This document shows, one piece after another, positions 27,949 to 35,072 of a DNA stretch of 57,093 bases (position 1 is its first letter; each line of letters opens with the position of its first letter). Below the pieces are notes generated by a model, which saw only the letters and a program-made list of their open reading frames with translations, searched no databases and was not told where the DNA came from. The DNA lies in the NCBI GenBank assembly GCA_012514975.1, contig JAAYZF010000122.1, positions 1-57,093 of the forward strand, written 5' to 3'. Made by a program: the position numbers and the translations under genes. This stretch comes from a bacterium (GTDB lineage: Bacteria > Auribacterota > UBA3054 > JAAYZF01).

Positions 27949-28833
27949 ATGAGGATAAGAGCTGTTGGCCCGCTGTTCGAGGAGCTGTATTGCCGGTTCA
28001 ACAAGCCGGCGCTGATCTATCCGGATCCCCTGGTGTTCGCCCATCAGTATGACGACCCGGCAGACCGGGAGGTCGCGGCGCTGGTTGCGGCATGCCTCGC
28101 GTACGGCACGGTGAAGCAGATTCATGCGAGCGTCGCCGCGGCGCTTGGGCACATGGGCCCGTCGCCGGCGGCGTATGTGAGTACGCGCGCGCCGGGAATG
28201 ATGGCGCGGGACTTTGCGGGCTTCACACACCGGTTCACCTCCGGGGCGGAACTGGCGCGGCTGCTGGCAGGCGTGGGACGCGTTATGGCCAGGCACGGCT
28301 CGTTGGGCGCGTGCTTCTCGGCGGGGATGCGCGAAGACGATGAGACGGTGCTGCCCGCGCTCACGGTCTTCATCAATGCCCTGGGCGGCGGGAGCGGGCT
28401 GAAGTTCCTCCTGCCGTCGCCGGAGCGGGGCAGCGCGTGCAAGCGCCTGCTGCTCTACCTGCGATGGATGGTGCGCAGGGATGCGGTGGACCCGGGGTGC
28501 TGGGCCGGCGTGCCTGCGGCGAAACTGGTGATGCCGATGGACACGCACATCCACCGCTTTGCGCGCGAGACGGGCATCACGCGCCGCGCATCGGCCGACA
28601 TGAAGGCGGCGCTTGATGTGACAGCGTTCTTCCGTTGCATTGCGCCGGGCGATCCGGTGAGGTATGATTTTGCGCTCACCCGCCTCGGCATGCGGCGCAA
28701 TGAGGAGACAAGGGCACAGCGGCGTGAACTGGTGACCGCAGTATGCGCCGCCATGAAAGACCTGGAGAAGGCCGGGGCGCACATGCGCGTACACTCGCCA
28801 AGGCCCGCCCTGGCCGCGCGGATACAAAGGTGA
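27949..28833 (+). CDS. TIGR02757 (DUF2400) family protein, 294 aa
   Basis: DPLVFAHQYDDPADREVAALVAACLAYGTVKQI, LYLRWMVRRDAVDPGCW and MPMDTHIHRFARETGITRR resemble TIGR02757. The start was taken at the internal ATG 27949 of ORF 27772..28833, based on the promoter. Confidence 0.7.
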   Translation: MRIRAVGPLFEELYCRFNKPALIYPDPLVFAHQYDDPADREVAALVAACLAYGTVKQIHASVAAALGHMGPSPAAYVSTRAPGMMARDFAGFTHRFTSGAELARLLAGVGRVMARHGSLGACFSAGMREDDETVLPALTVFINALGGGSGLKFLLPSPERGSACKRLLLYLRWMVRRDAVDPGCWAGVPAAKLVMPMDTHIHRFARETGITRRASADMKAALDVTAFFRCIAPGDPVRYDFALTRLGMRRNEETRAQRRELVTAVCAAMKDLEKAGAHMRVHSPRPALAARIQR

Positions 28834-28838
28834 CGACT

Positions 28839-29936
28839 ATGACCACGTTTATTACGAACACTCTGATGGCATTTTGGACGACGCTGTGCGAGATGGCGCC
28901 GTACCTGCTGTTCGGTTTCCTGGTTGCGGGAATCCTGTACGTCTTCATCTCGCCACGGACGGTCGAGCGGCATCTTGGCGGAAGCGGATTGTGGCCGGTG
29001 TTCAAGGCGTCGCTGTTCGGCGTGCCGCTTCCGTTGTGTTCATGCAGCGTGATACCGGTGACCACGTCACTGCGCACGCATGGGGCGAGCAAAGCCGCGT
29101 CGCTGGCGTTCCTGCTTTCAACGCCGCAGACAGGCGTTGACAGCATTGCCGCGACGTACGCCTTGCTGGGCCCGGTCTTTGCCGTGTTCCGGCCGCTGGC
29201 GGCGCTGATCATCGGGTTCATCGGCGGCGCGGTCACGGCAGTCCTTGACAAAGACCCGAAGGTGAACGGCACGATGCCCCGCTGCCAGGACGAGTGCTGC
29301 ACCGGCAGCGCGAGGAAAACGCACGCGTTGATTCGGATGCTCCGCTATGCGTTCATCACGCTGCCGGCCGACATCGGCAAGCCGCTGCTTGGCGGGATTG
29401 TGGTCGCGGCGCTGATGAACGCGATCATCCCGGACAACTACTTCGCCGAGAAGCTCGGCACAGGAATATGGCCGATGGTCGTCATGATGGCGATTGGCAT
29501 CCCGATGTACGTGTGCGCCACCGCATCGGTGCCCGTGGCGTTGGCGCTGATGATGAAGGGAGTGAGCCCGGGGGCTGCGCTGGTGTTTCTGATGACGGGC
29601 CCGGCGACCAATGCCGCGGGGGTTATGACCATCTGGAAGATCATGGGCAGGCGCACGGCGGTCATCTATCTGGTTACAATTGCGGTGACCGCCCTGGCAT
29701 CGGGCTGGCTGCTTGACGCGCTGTTCACAATGCCCGCGATCGCCCATGCGCACGCGGAGCACACCGGCCACATGGCGCTGCCCGCGTGGGCGAACGCCGC
29801 GTCAGGAATCGCGCTCGTGGCAATCATCGCATGGGCGTATGTCGCGCCGCGGCTGAGCCGCAAGGCCGACGCGTGCTGTTCGGCGGAGATCCTGAAGGAG
29901 ACCGGGAGCGAGAAGGCGTGCCCGCATTGCCACTGA
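28839..29936 (+). CDS. Permease of the DUF318 / SO_0444-like putative metal transporter family, 365 aa
   Basis: The protein is polytopic. FKASLFGVPLPLCSCSVIPV is the family hallmark. The C-terminal Cys/His tail is CCSAEILKETGSEKACPHCH. ATG 28839 follows the upstream stop by 5 nt. Confidence 0.7.
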   Translation: MTTFITNTLMAFWTTLCEMAPYLLFGFLVAGILYVFISPRTVERHLGGSGLWPVFKASLFGVPLPLCSCSVIPVTTSLRTHGASKAASLAFLLSTPQTGVDSIAATYALLGPVFAVFRPLAALIIGFIGGAVTAVLDKDPKVNGTMPRCQDECCTGSARKTHALIRMLRYAFITLPADIGKPLLGGIVVAALMNAIIPDNYFAEKLGTGIWPMVVMMAIGIPMYVCATASVPVALALMMKGVSPGAALVFLMTGPATNAAGVMTIWKIMGRRTAVIYLVTIAVTALASGWLLDALFTMPAIAHAHAEHTGHMALPAWANAASGIALVAIIAWAYVAPRLSRKADACCSAEILKETGSEKACPHCH

Positions 29937-30005
29937 GAGGACGGCAAGGGACGAAGAGGACCGGGAAGACGGGGAATGGGCAGCGGGCCGGTGGGACAGA
30001 GCGCG

Positions 30006-31493
30006 CTATGGCCGCTGTTCCTGTGTGGCCAGCGTGGCGTATTTCCGCGCCGTGCGCCGGTCGAGGCCGGTACGTCGGGCGACCTCCTCGAATGTGCCGT
30101 GGCGCGCGAAAATCTGGCGGCAATACCCGGCAAGGAGGTCTCGCGCAGTGTGCGTCTGCTCGGCAATGCCCCGGGCGAAGCGGGCGGCGGGGTCTTCCGG
30201 TTGCGGCACTGCTTCGCCAGTGTACGACCGCGTGAGGATGATGCGGCGCACGGCCTGTTCGAGCTCGCGCACATTACCGGGCCAGCGGTAGTCTTCCGGC
30301 AGGCATGCGCGCAGCGTGTCGAGCGCAAGCGTGCAGAGCTCGGGCGCCGGCGCGTCCGTCATCCTTCGGACGAGGTGTGCGACGAGCGTGTCGAGCTCGC
30401 CGGGGCATTCGGCCAGGCGCTCGCGCAGCGGGGGTACGGTGATGACGTCCGAGCACAGGCGGTAGAAGAAATCCTCCCTGAACACTTCCCTTGCACGGAG
30501 CGCATCGAGCGGTTTGTTTGTCGCAGCGATGACGCGGCCTTCGAACCGGAGTGTCTTGTGGCTTCCCACGGGCGAGAACGTCCGTTCCTGCAGTACCTGG
30601 AGCAGTTTGATCTGCACGGGCACGGAGACATCGCCGATTTCATCCAGAAAAGTGGCGCCATGCCTGCTGCAGCGGGCAAACACGCCGTCATGCGACTCGA
30701 TGGCGCCGGTGAACGCGCCCTTTTGGTGGCCAAAGAGCTCGGATTCGATCAATGACTCGGGGAACTGGGAGAGATTGATCGGGATGAACGCGCGGGTGAA
30801 GCTTTCGGCGAAGCGCTGTGTGCGCTCGTCGAACGGGATGAAGCCCGAGCGTCCGATGGCAGCGGCGCACGCGCCCTTGCCCGCGCCCGTCTCGCCGAGC
30901 AGCAGTGTCGAGAAATCCTCCATGCGCCGCCAGAGATGGCGGTCATACCACCTGACATCGGCGGTGAAGACGTTGTTCCACAGGGAGCGGCGGAGCGTGT
31001 GCATCGAGGGGCTCTCGCCGATCAGCGCGTCGCGGATGAAGTAGAACGCGCGGCGGAGCTGGAAGAACAATCCGAAGTAGCGTGTCGCCTCTTCGTTCGA
31101 GAATCCTGATTGCTGAAGCATGCCGAGCGCGTCGCGGCTGAACGGCGCTGCCACCGGCTCATCTCCCGCGACGAGCTGGGCACGGATGTGCGCATCCATG
31201 TCGTTGACGCAGCGATGGTAATGGTGAAAGAGGAGCGCGGTGGCAAGGGTACGCCTGTCGTCGCCGGTGTAACGCGCGAGATGGAGCTTGTCGCGCTGTT
31301 CGAGCGAGGCGAGGCGGGCGGCGAGGGCGGCGAGCATGCGATCAACGGTTTCGGGCCTGCGGGCGGAGGGGCCGACCGCGGCGATGGCGCGGTCGACGCG
31401 TTCGCGTTCTTCGCTGAAAGGGTTTGCGAACGCGGCCGAGGCGGCGAGAGCGAAGAACTCGCGGTCAGCGTGGCCCAATCTGGGTGGTTTCAT
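30006..31493 (-). CDS. Sigma-54-dependent transcriptional activator (bEBP) lacking a receiver domain, 495 aa
   Basis: AAA+ sigma-54 interaction motifs LLLGETGAGKG, ESELFGHQKGAFTGA, TFLDEIGD and WPGNVRELE are present, with a C-terminal HTH (FEEVARRTGLDRRTARKY). The ~190-aa N-terminal region is of unrecognised type. ATG 31493 lies within ORF 30006..31577. Confidence 0.85.
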   Translation of the reverse strand: MKPPRLGHADREFFALAASAAFANPFSEERERVDRAIAAVGPSARRPETVDRMLAALAARLASLEQRDKLHLARYTGDDRRTLATALLFHHYHRCVNDMDAHIRAQLVAGDEPVAAPFSRDALGMLQQSGFSNEEATRYFGLFFQLRRAFYFIRDALIGESPSMHTLRRSLWNNVFTADVRWYDRHLWRRMEDFSTLLLGETGAGKGACAAAIGRSGFIPFDERTQRFAESFTRAFIPINLSQFPESLIESELFGHQKGAFTGAIESHDGVFARCSRHGATFLDEIGDVSVPVQIKLLQVLQERTFSPVGSHKTLRFEGRVIAATNKPLDALRAREVFREDFFYRLCSDVITVPPLRERLAECPGELDTLVAHLVRRMTDAPAPELCTLALDTLRACLPEDYRWPGNVRELEQAVRRIILTRSYTGEAVPQPEDPAARFARGIAEQTHTARDLLAGYCRQIFARHGTFEEVARRTGLDRRTARKYATLATQEQRP

Positions 31494-31496
31494 AGT

Positions 31497-31531
31497 ACAT
31501 TTATTGTATAGCTCTATACAATAAATGTCAA
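31497..31531 (-). promoter_or_regulatory. Perfect palindrome ACATTTATTGTATAG-CT-CTATACAATAAATGT embedded in a minus-strand promoter TTGACA-N17-TACAAT (putative operator/UAS)
   Basis: The palindrome spans 31497-31528. The minus-strand -35 is at 31531..31526 and the -10 at 31508..31503. The predicted TSS is 1-3 nt from ATG 31493, giving a leaderless bEBP mRNA. Confidence 0.6.
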
Positions 31532-31756
31532 CATGAAGCGGAATGACGAGAGAGGAGGTTCGGCTAATATGGTGCAATGAAGCAACTTAGATCGTCACAC
31601 GCCGTGGCATGTAACGTGTACTATCCACCAAGGAGATGGATCCATGAAACAGCGAGGCCACGTAACCACACCACGGAACATCACGGTGAGTACGACGACG
31701 AGACAGAGCGAAATACGGCAGCTTGTTGCCGAATCACAAGCAGACCGGAGATTGCC

Positions 31757-34168
31757 ATGAATATCCTTCTTGTTCTTCCCGCGGCTGAACATGTGCGCGT
31801 CACACAGGGCAACCGGCATGTGCCGCGGCGCGCAATGCTGCGCTTCAGCCTGCTGCCGCTGCTCACCGTTGCCGCGCTCACGCCGCGCAGGCACCACGTG
31901 ACCATTTGCGACGAGCACGTCGAGCCGCTTGATTTCGACGCGGATGTCGATGTCGTCGGCGTGACGTTCATGACGGGCCATGCCGACCGAGCGTTCGAGA
32001 TCGCCGGCGAGTTCCGCCGCCGCGGCAGAGTCACCGTGGCCGGGGGCTACCATCCGACGTTCCGCCCCGAGGAGACCGCGACGCACTTCGACGCGGTGGT
32101 CGTGGGCGAGGCTGAATCGTCGTGGCCGCGCGTGCTCGAGGACATCGAGCAGGGCGTTCTCAAGAGCATCTACCGCGCGGCAGGCCCGTGCGACCCGGCT
32201 GACATTCCCGCGGGCCGCCGCGACCTGCTCCGCGGTACCGGGCGCTACTACGCGACGACACACGCCGTGCAGGCCACGCGCGGCTGTTCGCATGGCTGCC
32301 GTTACTGCTCGATCACGGCGTTTCATCAGAAGACCTTCCGTGTGCGGCCGCTTGATGCGGTGGTGGCAGAGGTGCGGCAGGCGCCGCGCGACTTCATCTT
32401 CGTCGATGACAACATCATTGCCGACCCGGAGTATGCGCGGCGCCTGTTTCGCGCCCTGATCCCGCTGAACAAACGGTGGGTGAGCCAGTGCTCGATCACC
32501 ATCGCCGACGATCCCGGTCTGCTCGAGCTGGCGCATCGGGCCGGCTGCTGCGGATTGTTCATCGGCATCGAGACGCTTGATGAAACCAATCTCGCGGCCA
32601 TGGACAAGGGCTTCAACGATGCGGCAGGCTACCGGCGGAGGATTCGCGCGATCCGCCGGCAGGGCATCGGGATCATCGCAGGCATCATCGTGGGCATGGA
32701 CGGCGACGATGTCACCGTGTTCGGCCGCACGCTGCGGTTCCTGCAGCGCACGGGCATCGACGCGCTGCAATTGAACATCATGACGCCGTTGCCGGGCACG
32801 CCGCTGTACGACGATTTCGTGCGCGAGGGGCGCATCAACGACACGCGCTGGAAGCGGTACGACTTCCGCCATTGCGTCATCCAGCCGGCGCGCATGGCGC
32901 CGCAGGAGCTGCAGGACGGGGCTGACTGGCTCTACCGGCAGTTCTACCGGCCAGACAGGATCGTGGTGCGTGCGGTGCGCACGGCGTGGACATGCGGCTT
33001 GACGACCGGCGCGCTTTCACTGAAGCTGAACCTGACGTATCTGTACGACAATGTGCGTGAAGGCGTCGCCGGCAGAAATCCCGCGGCACGGCTGGCGCGC
33101 AGGCCGGGGTTTGTGTATAATGGTATTCACAGGATTCGAGCGACGATGAAATTCCTTGAGACCGCGCTTCTCCGCGCCTGCCCCATGCTGCTGCTCGCCC
33201 TTGCCGCCATGTCATGCGTGAAGCATGAAAACCAGGCTCACACCGCCGGACAGACGAACGCAATCAGGGAGCATACGATGACAACCGGCACGAGCGCGCT
33301 GGAGCTGCTTGCCGCCTCACTGAGCAACGATGTGCACGTTCTCGCCGGTGAGATAGGCGAGCGCAATTTCTTCCGGCCCGAGCGGCTGGACGAGGCGGCG
33401 GGGTACATCGAGTCGAATCTGGCTGCAAGCGGCTATGCGGTCGAGCGCCATGCATTCACGGCGCGCGGGAAGGACTACGTTAACCTTGCGGCCGAGCGTT
33501 ACGGCGCGGCGCTGTCGAACGAGATTGTCGTGGTCGGCGCGCACTATGACACAGTGGCCGGCACTCCCGGTGCGGACGACAACGCGAGCGGCGTGGCCGC
33601 GTTGCTCGCGCTCGCGCGGATGAATGCGACGAACACGCCCGCGCGCACGCTGCGCTTCGTGGCCTTTGCGAACGAGGAACCGCCGTTCTTCTGGTCGGAC
33701 GACATGGGAAGCCGGCGGTACGCGATGCGGTGCGCGGAGCGGAACGAGAGGATCGTGGCGATGATCGCGCTCGAGTCAATCGGTTTTTACACCGATGCGG
33801 AGAACAGCCAGCGGTATCCTCCGCCGTTCAGCCTGTTCTACCCGTCGCGCGGCAACTTCATCGCGTTCGTGGCGAACCTTTCATCGCGCGGCCTGGTGAA
33901 GCGGGCAGCGGCGGCGTTCAAGGAGCACAGCACGTTCCCCGTGGAGTCCGCCGCCGTGCCCGGATGGACGCCGGGCGTCTGGTGGTCCGACCACTGGTCA
34001 TTCTGGAAGGAAGGATATGCTGCGTTCATGGTGACGGACACGGCGCCGTTCCGCAATCCCGAGTACCACGAGCCGTTCGACACGCCTGAAAAGCTCGATT
34101 ACGGCAGGATGGCCCAGGTGGTCGAGGGCATGCGGCACGTGATTGACGATCTCGCGAACAGGGAATGA
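31757..34168 (+). CDS. B12-binding radical SAM domain protein continuing in frame, without a stop, into an M28 peptidase module (803-aa ORF)
   Basis: The B12-binding N-domain is ILLVLPA...VVGVTFMTGHADRAFEIA...VAGGYHPTF...VVVGEAE. The radical SAM cluster motif is ATRGCSHGCRYCSI. There is no stop codon in frame between the rSAM C-terminus and ATG 33146. ATG 31757 was chosen within ORF 31577..34168. Confidence 0.65.
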   Translation: MNILLVLPAAEHVRVTQGNRHVPRRAMLRFSLLPLLTVAALTPRRHHVTICDEHVEPLDFDADVDVVGVTFMTGHADRAFEIAGEFRRRGRVTVAGGYHPTFRPEETATHFDAVVVGEAESSWPRVLEDIEQGVLKSIYRAAGPCDPADIPAGRRDLLRGTGRYYATTHAVQATRGCSHGCRYCSITAFHQKTFRVRPLDAVVAEVRQAPRDFIFVDDNIIADPEYARRLFRALIPLNKRWVSQCSITIADDPGLLELAHRAGCCGLFIGIETLDETNLAAMDKGFNDAAGYRRRIRAIRRQGIGIIAGIIVGMDGDDVTVFGRTLRFLQRTGIDALQLNIMTPLPGTPLYDDFVREGRINDTRWKRYDFRHCVIQPARMAPQELQDGADWLYRQFYRPDRIVVRAVRTAWTCGLTTGALSLKLNLTYLYDNVREGVAGRNPAARLARRPGFVYNGIHRIRATMKFLETALLRACPMLLLALAAMSCVKHENQAHTAGQTNAIREHTMTTGTSALELLAASLSNDVHVLAGEIGERNFFRPERLDEAAGYIESNLAASGYAVERHAFTARGKDYVNLAAERYGAALSNEIVVVGAHYDTVAGTPGADDNASGVAALLALARMNATNTPARTLRFVAFANEEPPFFWSDDMGSRRYAMRCAERNERIVAMIALESIGFYTDAENSQRYPPPFSLFYPSRGNFIAFVANLSSRGLVKRAAAAFKEHSTFPVESAAVPGWTPGVWWSDHWSFWKEGYAAFMVTDTAPFRNPEYHEPFDTPEKLDYGRMAQVVEGMRHVIDDLANRE
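33146..34168 (+). CDS. M28-family metallo-aminopeptidase module with its own lipoprotein-type signal peptide (possible independent translation product, 340 aa)
   Basis: MKFLETALLRACPMLLLALAAMSCV is a signal peptide with lipobox. M28 motifs are VVVGAHYDTVAGTPGADDNASGVAALLALAR and FVAFANEEPPF. TATAAT at 33116-33121 and AGGA at 33131-33134 precede the ATG. Confidence 0.5.
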   Translation: MKFLETALLRACPMLLLALAAMSCVKHENQAHTAGQTNAIREHTMTTGTSALELLAASLSNDVHVLAGEIGERNFFRPERLDEAAGYIESNLAASGYAVERHAFTARGKDYVNLAAERYGAALSNEIVVVGAHYDTVAGTPGADDNASGVAALLALARMNATNTPARTLRFVAFANEEPPFFWSDDMGSRRYAMRCAERNERIVAMIALESIGFYTDAENSQRYPPPFSLFYPSRGNFIAFVANLSSRGLVKRAAAAFKEHSTFPVESAAVPGWTPGVWWSDHWSFWKEGYAAFMVTDTAPFRNPEYHEPFDTPEKLDYGRMAQVVEGMRHVIDDLANRE

Positions 34169-34175
34169 TGCGCAT

Positions 34176-35072
34176 ATGACGATGACGGGAAGCACCGTAC
34201 ACGGACACAAGACGGCCATGCGCTGGTGGATGCAGTGCGCATGCGCGGCGGTGGCGCTGTATGCGCTCGTATTCCTGCTGGCGGGATGCGGGCCGAATCT
34301 GCTCATTTTCCAGCCGCCGCGTTCGAGTTACGCCGAGGGGGCCAACATCATCAAGGTGGCCACCGCGGACGGCAACGTGCTTGCCGCGGTGCATTATCCA
34401 TGCTCGAACGCGACGTACACGCTGCTCTACTCGCACGGCAATGGCGAGGATATTGGCTGGCTGGACACGCTGTTCAAGTGGTACAACGAGCTCGGGTTCT
34501 CGGTGTTCGCCTATGACTACCGCGGGTACGGCCTCAGCACAGGCACGCCGGACGAGGAGGAATGCTATGCGGACGCGGACGCGGTGTTCGCCTACGTGAC
34601 GAACGTCTGCCGCGTGCCGCCTGAGCGGATCATCGTCCACGGGCGGTCCCTTGGCGGGGCGATGGCGGTGCACCTTGCAGCCACGCAGCCGGTGGCGGGG
34701 CTGATCATGGAAAGCACGTTCCTGACGGCGTTCCGCGTGGTGACGCGCGTGCCGCTCGTGCCGGACGTGATGGACAGGTTCCGCAGCATGGACAGGATCC
34801 CCTCCGTGCGCTGCCCTGTGCTGGTGATTCACGGGCTTGACGACTGGGTGATCTCGCCCTGGCATGGCGAGAAGCTGTACGAGCTGGCGCCCGGGCCGAA
34901 GATGTCACTCTGGGTGGCCAACGCGGGGCACAACGACGTCGTGAAAGTCGCGCGCGAAGACTATGGCAATGTGATGAAGGAGTTCGCGGGACTCGTGGCC
35001 GCCCAGCAAGCGGCTGAAGGGACACCCGATGCGACTAGCGCGCAGGCAAGGGCCTCATTTCCTGGCAGATGA
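34176..35072 (+). CDS. Alpha/beta-hydrolase (serine hydrolase, ABHD/BEM46-like) with a lipoprotein-like N-terminus, 298 aa
   Basis: The nucleophile elbow is HGRSLGGAMAV. VIHGLDDWVISPWHG and GHND complete a Ser-Asp-His pattern. The N-terminus AVALYALVFLLAGCGPN carries a lipobox. ATG 34176 lies 8 nt after the upstream stop; 34218 is the alternative. Confidence 0.75.
   Translation: MTMTGSTVHGHKTAMRWWMQCACAAVALYALVFLLAGCGPNLLIFQPPRSSYAEGANIIKVATADGNVLAAVHYPCSNATYTLLYSHGNGEDIGWLDTLFKWYNELGFSVFAYDYRGYGLSTGTPDEEECYADADAVFAYVTNVCRVPPERIIVHGRSLGGAMAVHLAATQPVAGLIMESTFLTAFRVVTRVPLVPDVMDRFRSMDRIPSVRCPVLVIHGLDDWVISPWHGEKLYELAPGPKMSLWVANAGHNDVVKVAREDYGNVMKEFAGLVAAQQAAEGTPDATSAQARASFPGR

Noticed and set aside
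31577-31756. The 60-codon N-terminal extension of the radical SAM ORF as given in the track
   Set aside because: The extension has atypical A/T-rich codons and no SD. The B12-binding domain begins right at ATG 31757 (MNILLVLPA), which is also coupled to the upstream small ORF.
35035-35072. The 38-bp convergent overlap between the hydrolase gene and the 1010-aa gene, considered as a sign of mis-annotation or antisense regulation
   Set aside because: Short convergent 3' overlaps are common in compact high-GC genomes. Nothing else in the sequence supports a special role.
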